A stretch of DNA of 63,610 bases, filler included, from Globobulimina sp. (GCA_003354225.1; 17 parts of 17 records of this genome joined end to end with filler, not necessarily neighbours in it), one strand, 5' to 3'; counted from the whole stretch's first letter, positions 48,128-61,914 are shown. The notes: generated by a model not told the origin, from the letters alone. Program-made: numbers and translations.

Positions 48128-48227
48128 AATTATATCAAGCAGACACATTCTCATTAGCTTTAACCATTTTATTTGTGTTAGCTTTGGGAAAACGCAGTGT
48201 TTTGATGCCACGCGATGCCGCATTCAA
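48128..48227 (+). repeat. Diverged copy of kinase segment 45356-45462
   Basis: GCAGACACATTCTCATT..TAACCATTTTATTTGTGTT..AAACGCAGTGTTTT.ATGCCACGC..CCGCATTCAA present in both places. Confidence 0.9.
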
Positions 48228-48838
48228 AAGAATAAAGAATAAAATTTGTGCGCTTCCAAATTAATTTATTAAAACACACAAAGAAATATAATTAATATGC
48301 TGTAAAAAATAAATTCGCAATGTTATCGAAATGTCGCTATTTCTCCTCTTCAACGCCATATCCGATTCTTTCCACTTTAACTTTGCTGCATTGCTGTTGC
48401 TGGATTTCTGATTGGTGACAAACCGTTTCGTGTTGCTGTTCAATCAATGTTTGGGCCAATCGCAGCGTGGTTTTTTTTAAGATCGACACGGTTCTTTCTG
48501 ATAACCGCAACGTCTCTGATAATATGTGTATTGTAGCGTACGGAAATTAAGCGCCATCTCACACAGGTTTTTGTTTAACGAATAGCATCCACTCACATGG
48601 GTCGCCAATATACTTTCGATTTTGCTCAATTTGTTTANNNNNNNNNNNNNNNNNNNNNNNNNNNNNNNNNNNNNNNNNNNNTTAATTAATTAANNNNNNN
48701 NNNNNNNNNNNNNNNNNNNNNNNNNNNNNNNNNNNNNCGAGCTGATGTTGAGCTTTTAATAATATCAATTCCATTTTAGTCATAGACAGTAATTCAACTA
48801 ACGACATTTTTTTTTGAGTGTTTTTTTTTCAACTAATC

Positions 48839-51215
48839 ATGGCAGATACAGGGCCCCCACGTCCTCCACATTTTTACAATTCACGCAGACAACCACAGAC
48901 AATCCACACGCAGTATGTTGCAAACACAACAGAAGACATTGATTCATCGCGAAAGAAAGGGATTTCTGGATCTGGCTTATTGTATATACTGTTAATTGGT
49001 TTCACTGCATTGATACTAATAACTGGCATGGCTGTTGGTTGCTATTTTTTATTCCGAAATGTTAAACATAATTTCCGAAGTGATGTATTGAACCAAATGA
49101 GTGACGAGGGTATATTCTCATTATACATATTGACACAGTAAATTATATTTTGTATATCAGACACAAGTGATGACTCAGGATCGCCTGACTCGACTGATGA
49201 GAGACAAGGTAAACAAAAAAAAATTAAATTTGGCACAATCATAGCTGCCCAGTCTAAAACTGCGAAAAGTCAGACAATTTCAGTGAATCAAATATATTTC
49301 AAAAATACGGAACAAAATCTATACGACGAATTTGTTGGATATATACCAAAAAATGATATGGAATATGCATATGACTCGTTATTGACATTAGAAGGTATTG
49401 CTAAATTGTTTGAGATGAGGCCCTGGATCATAGAAACAAGAGATCCAACGACTACATCAAATCTATGTCGTTAAGTTCTGTCAGAATTGTTTATATTTTA
49501 TTGTATACATTTAACATATTCAGATTATTTTAGAACACAGCATACAAAATATATCGCTCCAATTTCAACATTTTCTAGTTACTTAAATTTGTTTTATAGT
49601 TATTTTGCGCAAATACATATAATTCAGTTTAAATACAATTTTTCAGATTCTGTAGATTTATGTAGGAAAGAATTCGAATTAAAGCAATTCAACAATGACC
49701 GATTACGCTTTCATGTATTTTCAAACAACGCCGCATGGCCATGTGTAATATTGCAATTACAAGCAATGGTATTTAAAATCGATAACGATCCTAAAACATA
49801 TACTTTAACTCACTCAAATCTGCAACATATAGCACTGTTATCTGCATCTGATACAAAACGGAGATTAACTGTCTCCAACATGCCATCGACAAACGACATT
49901 CTGCAAAACAAGAAACTTTGGATGCGTTTAGTTTCATATATATTTCTTTTTTTTGTTAATTTTCAAATACACTCTTTGTAATATATATGTTTCCAAAGCA
50001 TTGCCAGCGAATTATCGGGGTCGAACTTACCATGCTTTGTTCAAATTTGCTGAAACGGCACCTATACAGCAACCTAATCCGCGTTTGCCTGTCGAAGAAG
50101 CGATGAATGGATTGTATCACCACTGTGCTATAGATCCATCTCAATTGGCCCGTTTATATTTTGTTAAGTTGGATTTCATACTGACCAAAGACTCACAAGC
50201 ATGGAACTGCCAGTACCAATCAGCGGAATCGCGGCTGTTAGGTTCAGGTGCAGAAACGAGTGCTGATCCACAAGTACTATCGGAACAACTCCGTATGGCA
50301 GAAAAATCTCTACGTGAACCACTGCTTACACCACTTCACCAAAGAAGACTTACAACTGACATGCAATCAAATCGACCACGTGCACCTCTATCAAAACCAC
50401 CGCCACTCTACGAAGCAAAACGACCACGTGCACCTATATCAAAACCACCGCCACCACTCTACGAAGCAGATGAACCACCCAATGTAGCATTGCGATCTCC
50501 AGGCCTGGGCACTATGGCCGTAGATGTAGCAAACAGTCAAAAAGAAGAAATCGCTGAGCCACCACCACAAAAAGAACGACGCTACCAATCAAAACCACCA
50601 CCACCTATAGATACAAACGCTGAGCCACCTCAACAAGAAGAAGAACCACCTATACATATACCAAAAGATCCAGTAATTCTTTTGGATGAGTGGTGGAATA
50701 AAATAGTAACTGACCCTCACACTCAATGTAGAAAGGAAATGGTAACTCGGAGTGTCCAGCCTTGCAGTTATGTTGTTTTTGTTTGTGTAATATTTTGGCG
50801 TCAGCAAACAACTAAAAATATACAAACGGAAATAGCGATTATTGGCGGAAATGAAGGAGGAGGGTGCGATGAATGGGAAATAATGGATAATGGCAGAAAA
50901 ATGGTCAATACATATGAAGCTATTGAGGCTGTGGGTTTTAAGGGAATATTAAAATATGACGTATATCCATATATAGTTATTAATAGAATAATGGATAGAT
51001 ATGAGGTGGATACGGAGCATAAATTGATTCATACAAACGGTGCTATACCATTTTGGGGATGTCGCTTGTTACCAGATGGTGATGGCCGGAGAGTCCTTAT
51101 GGATGATCGACATGCATCAAAGGCATGGCATCAGGAGAATATGTATATGATTATTGGCTCAACAATGTTTTTTATTGTGATTGGTGTTCAATCATTTTAT
51201 TGGTTATCTCATTGA
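48839..51215 (+). CDS. Multi-exon hypothetical membrane protein with Pro-rich region
   Basis: Co-oriented ORFs, TM segment LLYILLIGFTALILITGMAVGCYFLF, tandem duplication encoding RPRAP(L/I)SKPPP. Confidence 0.5.
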
Positions 51216-51715
51216 CATTGAAAACACGTGTTTTTGCAAAACATGCCGCATAAAATATATAATTCAAAAAGCTTATTTATTTAAATTGAATAAATATAAT
51301 TTAAAATTATCAATAAATGTTCCCTCTGAACGGCAAGCATACATTCTTCTTTTTGCAAAACATTTGTCCACAACAAAAGTCAAAGTGCTTTTGATATCGT
51401 TTGCATTCCGTTTGTACAGCCGGTCTGTAGGCGATCGTCGAAATCACATTGAGTTTGTGATGAAGCTAACGAACAATCGTGTTGTCGATGCTACAGCCCG
51501 GCTACAGCATTGCAATTTGAGTCCTTACAGTCCAACACAAATATACGTCCATGAGCGTTTCGGATGACAGGATAAAATGATGTATAAAATTGCCTGTCAG
51601 AATTAATATTAATTAATATACAAAAAGTCAAAAACAAAAAAAGAATTAAAACGATTCAGGAATAAATCTAATAATTAAAGGAATATTTATGTTTTTTTAT
51701 TGTTTTTAAAAACTT

Positions 51716-52383
51716 CTAAACAAATAACGTTCCAATAAACATAATAACAACACTACATTTCACAGAATACCATTCCGCACCACTACCACCTACCACATCA
51801 GTGGTGGTTACAGGCGCTGTCGTTGGATGCGTTTCGTTCCAAAATAACGGACTCCGCGATGGTTCATACGTTGTTGGACTTTGCGTAACGGGATACCTGC
51901 CCTCCAAACGCATAAATTGTTGCATTCACCAAAATAACTCCAGAATGGTGTACAGAATAATTCAAATTCGCAGCAGAAGATACTTGCGCATTGTTGCAAT
52001 TTATAGCAATAACATCCGTCATAAAATGAGTTCCATTATAGCCACCAACTACAAATATGGCATCTTTATATATCACTGTTCTTAAACAGCAACGTTGCTC
52101 ATTTAGCGGTGCAACGGGTATCCACTGATTATTTGTAATATTGTCAATTAGTATTTTCTCCACTTGATCTAAATACATTTCAGTCTCATCGTGATAGCCT
52201 CCAATAGCATATAATGCATTGTATACTGGATGGACGATGCAGGAAAATGACCTTCTTGACTGCAGCATCGGTCGCCCATAAAACCATATATTTAACAACT
52301 TGTTGTAAATTTGTAATGTGTTCAAAGTGCCATCGATATTGTTCCAACCACCAACTACCAACAGCAATGTGTTGTCCGCGGCC
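51716..52383 (-). CDS. Kelch-repeat surface protein with Thr-rich stalk and hydrophobic tail; frameshift near 51897; 5' partial
   Basis: LLVVGG, LYAIGG, IFVVGG, IYAFGG repeats; the tail continues in ORF 51716-51925. Confidence 0.8.
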
Positions 52384-52483
52384 NNNNNNNNNNNNNNNNN
52401 NNNNNNNNNNNNNNNNNNNNNNNNNNNTTAATTAATTAANNNNNNNNNNNNNNNNNNNNNNNNNNNNNNNNNNNNNNNNNNNN

Positions 52484-53825
52484 TCGTTGGATATTTTGCA
52501 TGCAAGATCTCCAATATCGCATAAGTCCGCAGATTAGGTTTGGCTTCATATCTCAACATCATTTCATTCATTATAAAAAGCAATGTTTGTGCAAAATGAG
52601 TGCCATAATTTGCTAAATTTTGTAAAATGTCATTAAAGCCTTCAATATAGTGTTTGCCAAAAATATCCGGATGAAGAATGGACACCGTTTTCGCGGATTC
52701 AATATCGTTTTCGTTTATAAATGCTCGGAATTGTGATCTAAAACTTATAGCATTTGCTGTCACATTATGTGATGCCATAATTTCATTTATAATAAGATCA
52801 ACCGCTCGGACACGGTCTTTAATTCCTGGATTTCTTGCGATTCCAAATAAAATAATATTAAATGTATTAATATTTACTTTTGTTGCAATGTTTTGTTGCA
52901 TTTTACCGAGTAATGTACAGAAATAATTATCCATGTAATAATTTGGTAATTTGTAAAACACCGCAAAGAAACTATTCCATACATTAATATCCAAAGTGCT
53001 GTTAAATGCATTGTTCAGTTTCACCATTTTGTCCATCACAGACACTAATTGTCGTTGTGTTATTGAGAGTGCATACAATTTATGAATCAATGCCTTGTAA
53101 AGATAGGGCATTGGCAGTCGGGATCCAATCGGACTGAATGGTGTGTGGCTGATCAATGACATTAAATCAGATAACATATTAAAAAACCAATCAATATTGT
53201 TTATGGTTGCGGAGTTGCTAAACATTAACAAAAATTTGCCCCATAAATGATGGTAATTTATATGGAATTTACTCTGAGTTATTGGGTCAAAATAAAATTC
53301 TTTAATTATAGAAACGTAAAAATGTAAAAGCGATTCGTGAAATACATTCATATTAAATGACATTTGGTGGATACTTTGTGATAAATCAAATATTGTGGTA
53401 AATATTGCATTGATGTTTGTATTTGATTCGTTGACAAATTTCCAGAAAAATCGAGTCCATAAAAACGTATCTAAATTTATACCAAGTTTAGTGTTTTGAT
53501 TCATTATCGTTTCAATTAATTCAAGTGTTTTTTGCGGAGTTATTTGTGAAAACGAAATGATTTGACAATAAAACCATTTCATTTGGAGTTGCTCAGTTTC
53601 GCCTAAATTATGCGGATATTCTTGTAAGATGATTTGGTCCACATTGGATATTAAATGTGTTATGTCATGTACATTCTGTGCAGATGTTAATCTTTGACAT
53701 AAACTATGAATGACATTGTCCCATGCTTGCCCTACAGACGCATCAATCAACTGAAATGTCGCACAATTCACTACAATGAGAATGATGCGGATAGTAATAG
53801 TTTGGGTTGAAATTAGATGGACCAT
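52484..53825 (-). CDS. PPR-like helical repeat protein, 3' partial
   Basis: DINVWNSFF, NINTFNIIL and KPNLRTYAIL repeats. Confidence 0.6.
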
Positions 53826-53936
53826 AATGTATACGTAAGTGTGCTAGTAAAATTTGAAAGTGTAATTTAAATGCTATGCTACAATCACAAACTCACAGTT
53901 TCTTAAACCACGCAGGTAACTGTCATTGCTATACTG

Positions 53937-55317
53937 CTATTGTGCACCATGCACAACTTGTGATTTCCAAATAAAGCCGGAATCCAATCCAGAAACCTGC
54001 GTTGATGTAATAGTGTCACTCTCATACGAACACTTTCTATCTTTATGTGTATTATAAGCATTTAACACATTATAGGCATCAGGCGTGTTAATTGTTGATT
54101 GTGTACATGTTTGTGTGCACGTGATTGGTGGTCCAGTCACAGTATTTGTCGAATTCAAACATAATGAATCTCGTTTCACACTCACTTGACTTATAATTAA
54201 TAAGTCCTTATGTTTATCAATGCCAACTGTACCCTTTGAACTCCATGTTGTATTTGGATCCATTTGATTTATATTCCATGCAATAAAATTGGCAACGCCA
54301 ATCATCGAAATACATAAATGATGGCCTACTATCAATCCAAAAGGTGGTGGTCTATGTTTTATAACGTATTTAATACAGAAAGAATATGATTCAATGTGAG
54401 AATTTAAGACTTAACCCTTTGGTAAAACATTCCCATATTCTTTCCATAGTTGGCAATATTCGAATAACTGTATATACAAAAACAAAACGACTCAAACGAG
54501 AAATAACAGATTTATACTGCATCACCGCATAATTACTATTTCCCGATCCGTAATTTCTAAATTTATAATATTTACAACATAACAGCAACAATATAAGATA
54601 ATGAAAGAATAGCGATAATAATATGGTACAAACGCTTATTAACTGCCATGGTTCTGATTTGAGCCAACATTCTTTATCAAATGAATTATTGTTTGCATAG
54701 ATTCCATATTTGGTAAAAAACACTGGTAAAATAGCAAAAAACAATGGGGTTATTATGATAAATAAGTATTGATAATAACGTTGCCGATGTAATTTATTTA
54801 AGCTAGCTAAGGTTCCGCGCAATAATAAAACCCCCAAATTATAGGCTAACAATAAATGCCAAAGCGGTGATTGTACGGTAAATATTTGGGCATAAATACC
54901 GAGACAAACACAATAAGTTCCATTCCAAAAAAAATTATGCTTTTCAACAGAGAATGCAGCGATGGTTAATGGCATCCAATTCATCACAATAAAGATATTC
55001 CAAAATAAATCTGTAACGCACATCCAAAAAATAATATCGATCATATTGCCTGGAATTGGTTTGACAGATATTGATACTGTTTCTTTTGTTGATAACTTAT
55101 CAGTTATTTTATGTCGTTTACACGTTATACATCGACAAATACATTTGCAACAGTATTTGCATCTTATCGTATATGCGGTACAACACTTAAAAGGCACAAA
55201 ACCCTCTTGAATAATTGATATGCATACGTACATACAACATATAATAGAGACAAGTGCCAATACGACTGTTGGTAGAGACAAGATTGCCTTTTTATCACTC
55301 ATTGTCATAACTGACAT
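53937..55317 (-). CDS. 7TM GPCR, cAMP-receptor-like
   Basis: Hydrophobic helices, IFWMCVTDL, YCVCLG..Q, ECWL. Intron 54352-54415 restores the last TM segment (IGVANFIAW). Confidence 0.75.
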
Positions 55318-56519
55318 GTATTGGAAAAAAAACAACTGCAAATCAAACAACAAAAACATTAGGATGACTAGTTCAATAACATGTTTCTAAATAGAATATT
55401 CTCATAAATAGTTCTTAAATTGGTTACCAAAAACGTTTCTTAAATTCGATTATGAGAATTAATATTTTAATATATTTTGGAACATAAATAAAAACTAAAG
55501 CTATATACAAAAATGAAAAGTAAGGAGTCTGTGCAGGTACGTTATTATTGTTGCATGAAACAATTGAATTTAATGCAAATCCATCCTTATATTATGTTGA
55601 ATCATTATTGCTCTTCGTTTCATTATTTATTCAAACTTGCTTGTAAATGGATGTACAAGTATCCATTGAAATTTTCCCTTTTATCCAATAAGTCATACAT
55701 AAATAATGAGAGGATAATGTTTCGGTCTGCATATATAAAATATAAATAAGTACCGGCACCAACACGAACACGTCACAACACTCATAACGAAATTCACAAC
55801 ACTCATAACTAAAATTGTTGAACATTTATATATATTTAATACGAAACAAAAACACAAACTGTTTCGCTATAGAGTCGAAATAAAATTGCATTATTAATTG
55901 GTGGTTATAGTCGCATATCAATCATAAAATGATCCTTTGACTTATATCTTGGCCCTGCGTTTGCATAATGAAACTCGCTAATCATTATTGTCTTCATTCC
56001 TTCACAAAGTAACTGAATACTTTCAATTTGCTGCGCAGACAAAGACAAAAAACCCTTATTCTCAGCAGCCAAATATGAACATCTATCAATAACCTCATTT
56101 GCTGCAACATATAATTGATTGACAATNNNNNNNNNNNNNNNNNNNNNNNNNNNNNNNNNNNNNNNNNNNNTTAATTAATTAANNNNNNNNNNNNNNNNNN
56201 NNNNNNNNNNNNNNNNNNNNNNNNNNATGATACATATTATACACACATTTATTTAGATTAAACGCAAAGTAATACGTTATTATGGACAATTTTAGAGAGA
56301 AAGATATTAAAAATGCAATTTTGGTACGTGTACCAGGCATCGCTTGGCCTTTTTAGGTGAATTTGAATCAATTATTAACACAAAATCAATTTTAAACAGG
56401 ATGTAAATATTAATACGAATAAAATGAATAAGCAATGGATTAACAGTAATATTTAATAAATGTATATAACTGATTGAGAATTAATAAATAATCAAAGAAT
56501 ATTCATAGAGATAATGCAG

Positions 56520-57533
56520 TCATTTCAGATCACATTTAATTAGCGGATGTTCCTGATCTGGATGAATAACACAAGTATGCTCTTTTGCACATTGCTTATT
56601 TGCAGATTTTTTACAATAATTATAAGCATTAAAAAATGAGCAGTGTTTACCGCTGACTTCGAATTTAATGCCTTTTTTCTTACAAATTTCAATACATATT
56701 TTATTTGCATGATATAATGATTTATTACGATCTCTGTGCTGTGGCCTGCGATTTCTTCTGTTATTATGTTGCCAGTTATTTTGTTTTTGCTGTGTATAAT
56801 GTGGCCAATTTCCACCAAAGTCACGATTATATGCATTATTTGTATTATTGGCATTATTATAATTGTTTTGAATTGCTTCTGTTGGAATATTTGTTGGTGG
56901 CATAGTTGGAATCAATGCAGGTTTGGTTAATTTATTATATTCCTCTGAGTCAAAGCTGTTAAATTGTGATGACAGCAAAGAACATAAAGACGTATTCGAA
57001 TACAAGCTAGATTTTGCCTGCATGAAATTTGATGAAAATACTACAAAATAGGAATTGTTCACAGATATTGCATGTTTAACACCAGAATTCATCCAAATAT
57101 ACATAGATGAAGCCGATATTTTAGGATTTTTAATTTGAATCAATATCAGTTCTGCACATTTATTTAAATCAAATGATTTGTAGGCACAGAAAGTGCGAAT
57201 CGTGCGATGTAGCAACGATTCTTTTCTATTTTCAGGTATTTTGGTATTTAAATTATCGGTAATTTGCTTAATAAATTGAATTATGAATTTAATGATATTG
57301 AATGCATTCCATTTATTTTTAAATAAAGATTTTAATTCTAATGTTGCCGATTTATGATCAATATTTTTAATATCAGGGCTCAGATATTTCATTATTTTAT
57401 ATGATAAGTCGTAAAATGTAAATGAATCATACACAAAGCCACAAATAAATAAAATTAATTCAATTTTAATTGAAGTTTTATCTGATTTTGATATTATTGA
57501 TTGCAGTTTGCTCGAATTAGAGGGCGAGAGCAT
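56520..57533 (-). CDS. Gag/ORF1-like protein with C-terminal Cys/His fingers
   Basis: CSFFNAYNYCKKSANKQCAKEHTCVIHPDQEHPLIKC preceded by an N/Q/R-rich linker. Confidence 0.5.
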   Translation of the reverse strand: MLSPSNSSKLQSIISKSDKTSIKIELILFICGFVYDSFTFYDLSYKIMKYLSPDIKNIDHKSATLELKSLFKNKWNAFNIIKFIIQFIKQITDNLNTKIPENRKESLLHRTIRTFCAYKSFDLNKCAELILIQIKNPKISASSMYIWMNSGVKHAISVNNSYFVVFSSNFMQAKSSLYSNTSLCSLLSSQFNSFDSEEYNKLTKPALIPTMPPTNIPTEAIQNNYNNANNTNNAYNRDFGGNWPHYTQQKQNNWQHNNRRNRRPQHRDRNKSLYHANKICIEICKKKGIKFEVSGKHCSFFNAYNYCKKSANKQCAKEHTCVIHPDQEHPLIKCDLK

Positions 57534-58043
57534 TTTTATTAATTTTGATATATTGAAATTTGAATCTGATCATTTTAGAGAGAAATAATGGTTTTATATA
57601 AACTACCAATTATTTTTAGATTGAATACCGCATTGGTAACAATTTGAAAAATTCATTTAAAGGAAACCAACAAATAACCCATTACCACATTGGCGGATGT
57701 TATTAAATGGCACGTTGTTTGAATGTACAATGTTATAAAAGCGTATACAAACAAACAAAACAATCAATCGTAAGAAGTGGGGTCCGCCCACAGACTCAGC
57801 GCCAGAAAGTAACGTCGCAGTGCACAAAATTTTGTAACATAGAAACAGAAACAAAGTATGTACACAACAAATACCTTCTAATTCTCTTACGATATCTTCA
57901 CCCGTCTTTCTCTTACCTTGTTCGTTGAAGGTTTCATTAATTAAAGTATTTAACATTGAAATATTTTTATTTTTCTCTTTTTTTAGGGCTAAATCGATCA
58001 TACAAAGGATTGGATCCTGCTTTTTCTGTTTATCGACGCCAAA

Positions 58044-59759
58044 TCAGACGATATTATTCGTATTAACATATTGTATACATTCGAGAGTATTTGGATCATC
58101 ATTATCGTAATCAAAACGTGGTTTGTGTGAATATTGTTTTTTATCTTCGATTTTCTTGTTTGCTTTGAATTTATCATTTATTTCTTTTGACATATCCTGT
58201 CTTAAGACCTGTAAATCTTCGATTGTAATTGGTTGCGGTTGCTTTTTGTTGTGGTTATCAGGGATACGTGGCTGTGAAGTATGTGGTTTTTCATATTTTG
58301 GTGCAAATGTATTGTCTAAATTTGTGATTGTGCGACGACGTTTTGATGGAGGAGATACTGAATGAATTGAAGAAATATCACGTTTGTTAATCAGAGCTGG
58401 GGATAAATTCTTAATGAGCTCGTTTGGAATTTCTCTGTTTATTAACGTTGGTTTGTATTTCTTTAAATTAATTACATTTTCATAAATATCGATTATTTTT
58501 GCTTGAATTAAGTTCTTTTTTATTGTTCTTCTCATGCTTTTGTATATATTGACAAATAAATTCGACGGTATTGCAGCGAAATCGATTATGTATGATTTGA
58601 TTGGAACATTTGGTGGAGTCTCAACAGAGAAATTGAATATAATTATATTAGCAATGATTGCTGATATAACGCTCGAGCGTTTTACCTCAGATTGGTATGC
58701 TTCGACTGTATTTAAACTGTATTTTTCATATTTGAGGGAATTAATGAAATTATCAAAGTTTGTATTATGTAATTTATTATTGTCAAATTTATGTATATTC
58801 ATCATATTAATTATTTTATATGATGATTGAGAGAGAGAATCAACTTCCATTTTATCACTCAAAAGTTAAACATCTGGTGAATTATTGACAGAATTTGGTA
58901 CAGAGATTACATTACTTTTTGGCGATTTTGGTTTTTGCAAATTTTCTTTATTTAACATATGCGAAAATGTTTGAGAGTACGATGGGGAGAGATTTGAAGG
59001 CAAAGAATAAGACATGCCGCTATATAATTTATCTAAGTTTTCATATTGATCATTTAATTAATTTTCTGCGATTTGGAGAATACTGTCATTTTTATTGGAT
59101 GTATTATCATCACCTTTGTCTATGAAACTTAACCAATCATATTTGCGGACATTATTATATGCTTTATACTGATTGGATTCTTTGAATTTTTTGAATTTTT
59201 CCTGTTTAAATTCTGAACAACATAAATATATCAAATCGGAAATGCATCGCACTTCGGTTGAATCATTTGATTTTGCTCTTCTTGTACAGATTAATACAAA
59301 TAATTTGAGAGAATCGACTGGAGTGCGGGCTGAAGTGGCGAGGAAATAAAGGAAATTATTCTCCATTTGTGCGTAATTCATTAATAGTGCAATCTCAAAT
59401 TTATTGAAATATAACTCCGGTTTGGACGACTCGGAATTTTTTAAATTATTTTTGGCGAAGTTAAAACGCCAATTCTTTTTATTTAATATATTAATTTCAT
59501 TTGGATTTACGATGGTAATATAATTCTCAATATTTATGTCACCATATTTGAAAGGGGGAGAAAACGTTTTTTCCTCTTCGGGTTTTTCCTCTTTTGAATT
59601 TCCTGTTGATTTCTTTTTATTTTTATTGTCATTTGTGGTCTGTGGGTTGTTTCTATTTTTTACTATTAATTTTTTTCTTTTCTTATTTGCAACTTGTTTT
59701 GAATCATCTTCCATATTGCAATTTGATTGGAAGCGACTGGGAGTATGCTGGTTAAGCAA
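58044..59759 (-). CDS. Two hypothetical K/N-rich ORFs (58044-58862, 59058-59759)
   Basis: Long ORFs in very AT-rich DNA, co-oriented with the gag-like ORF. No domain recognised. Confidence 0.4.
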
Positions 59760-59968
59760 GCTTTATTTATCTGCGTTTGTTTGTGTTATGTTATTTTTTA
59801 ATTAGTTTAGTTTGTGTATTCTTTTTTGCAGGGTCTAGGCGTAAAGCGAGGGTTAGCAAAAAAGTTTTNNNNNNNNNNNNNNNNNNNNNNNNNNNNNNNN
59901 NNNNNNNNNNNNTTAATTAATTAANNNNNNNNNNNNNNNNNNNNNNNNNNNNNNNNNNNNNNNNNNNN

Positions 59969-60729
59969 CGGATAATATATGGTTTTGTGTTGATTTTATG
60001 GCCAAATTCATTGAAAATATGTTGTCAAATAAAAGTGAGAAAGAATTACAAAAAGAAATGGTGTCAATATGGCGCTCGTATCGAGTAGAAAAATTAGCAA
60101 ATATTGATGTAATAAAATTTAGCAAAGTATTAATTGGCTGGCGTAACCATAAAGATATTGAGGAATATGGCAAAATGTTTATACCTCATCAACTTGAACA
60201 AGTTACTTATAATTTTGCGGGTTTCGCAGGAGACATAGCTTTTCTTTATGGAATGATGCATTTACGAAATAAAAGATATTTGGATGCAAAATGTAAATTT
60301 ATTTTTGTGATTTGTAATGCAAATTCATTTGTGATAATGTCGTTGTCATTGCGATCTTTAAGCAAAATTTGTAAAGATTTTGGGGAATATGGGATTGGTT
60401 TGAAATGTTTAAAACGTGCATATAAATTATGCCATATTGATAATGAAATTTGTATTACACCATCCTTTGTAGCGAGATATGATACAAAAAAGAGAGTATT
60501 TATTAAGGAATTGAATAAAATGGAATGTGGATATTGTGGAAAGAAGAAAGGAATAAAATTACGATGCTGCAGTGGATGTATGAAAGCAATGTATTGTAAT
60601 AAAAACTGTCAAAAAAAGCATTGGAAAAAAGTACATAAATATGATAATAATTGCGACCAAAAGTTTTGGTATACCTCTCGTAATTATAAAATGCTGAAAA
60701 ATGCTGCTATTTTTAATGTTAAAATTTGA
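59969..60729 (+). CDS. MYND zinc-finger protein, probably 5' partial
   Basis: CGYC...CSGC...YCNKNCQKKHWKKVHK. Confidence 0.9.
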
Positions 60730-60761
60730 TATTATAATCTTTATACGTTTCCCGAAATTAC

Positions 60762-61865
60762 TCATTGTTCACAATGTTTTACTGAGCATTTTGAACAATA
60801 CATTTGCACACTTTGTTCATGTGCCATTAGTACATGTTTGTAACATTGAGCACCACAGATGTCTGCAAACATATTGCTTTTGTCAGCATCCAAACATTGA
60901 GTATCAGGCACATACATTTTCTCATCACATTGAAAACAAATAAATACGGAAATAAACGGATGATCTGCACAAACCGTTTCAATATCTTTATTTCCGCAAC
61001 CAAATAAAAAACAACATGTAAACTCCTCTAATTTGGTACATTCAGTGCAAAAAACCCTTGCTTTTTTACCATAAATATTCAACACTTTGTGAATATGTTT
61101 CCTATTTTTATATAGATCAAACATCGAATAACTTGATATCCGGTTACCATCAATATCTATTTTCCTATGAAAATCTAAATCATCATAAAATGTAATCTCA
61201 TTTTTACATTTAACATTGGAGCAATCCACAGTTACACCAACTGCATACATAGTAATACAATCCACCATTTCTGTATATAATGCATTGATTGCTGTTAATA
61301 TTATATTATACATTCGTTTGTAGGCAATATCGTTTTTACAGAAAATACAATAATAAATATCTCCGATTTGAACAATTGCACATCGTTTACAATATATTTT
61401 ATTGCATCCTGGGCATAATACGCAATTCCAAAGAGACAGTTCACCGCAAGGTTCTCGCTTTGCGTTTACTAAATAATAATGAATGGCTGTATGAGTATTT
61501 AATGCGGCAATTTTAGATTTTAATGAATTATATGTTGCGTATTTCGCAATGTAGTAATTTATAGGCTTTGGTAATTTATCCACTTGGAAATCGCTGGTGA
61601 TCGTAATGTAATAATCTGGAAAAAGGAAACCATATTTGGCATCACTTAAAAAGCACACGTTTGTGATTGTTCCTATTCGCCATCGATACCGATCATAATA
61701 ATCGATCTTTTGGTTTAGAGTGGGTCTAAATATTATGTTGTCGATTATGGCTTTTATTTCGTTTAAATTGTTCCATGAATAGCTGTTTAATGATAATCCT
61801 AATGATAACACCTTTCGATATGCTGTTAATAAATCGTTTTGCAATTGAAAATTTGTAGTTTCCAT
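60762..61865 (-). CDS. Cys-rich hypothetical protein with multiple CxxC pairs
   Basis: 367-aa ORF with many CxxC motifs and a possible Tudor-like segment QKIDYYDRYRWRIGTI. Confidence 0.65.
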   Translation of the reverse strand: METTNFQLQNDLLTAYRKVLSLGLSLNSYSWNNLNEIKAIIDNIIFRPTLNQKIDYYDRYRWRIGTITNVCFLSDAKYGFLFPDYYITITSDFQVDKLPKPINYYIAKYATYNSLKSKIAALNTHTAIHYYLVNAKREPCGELSLWNCVLCPGCNKIYCKRCAIVQIGDIYYCIFCKNDIAYKRMYNIILTAINALYTEMVDCITMYAVGVTVDCSNVKCKNEITFYDDLDFHRKIDIDGNRISSYSMFDLYKNRKHIHKVLNIYGKKARVFCTECTKLEEFTCCFLFGCGNKDIETVCADHPFISVFICFQCDEKMYVPDTQCLDADKSNMFADICGAQCYKHVLMAHEQSVQMYCSKCSVKHCEQ

Positions 61866-61914
61866 TGTTGATGTTAAAAACTCAAAAACTCAAAAAGATT
61901 AACTAACTTCAACC

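Noticed and set aside
3653-59968. Regularly spaced TTAATTAATTAA as a biological repeat or CRISPR-like array
   Set aside because: Always centred in N44 padding between size-sorted contigs; it is an assembly linker.
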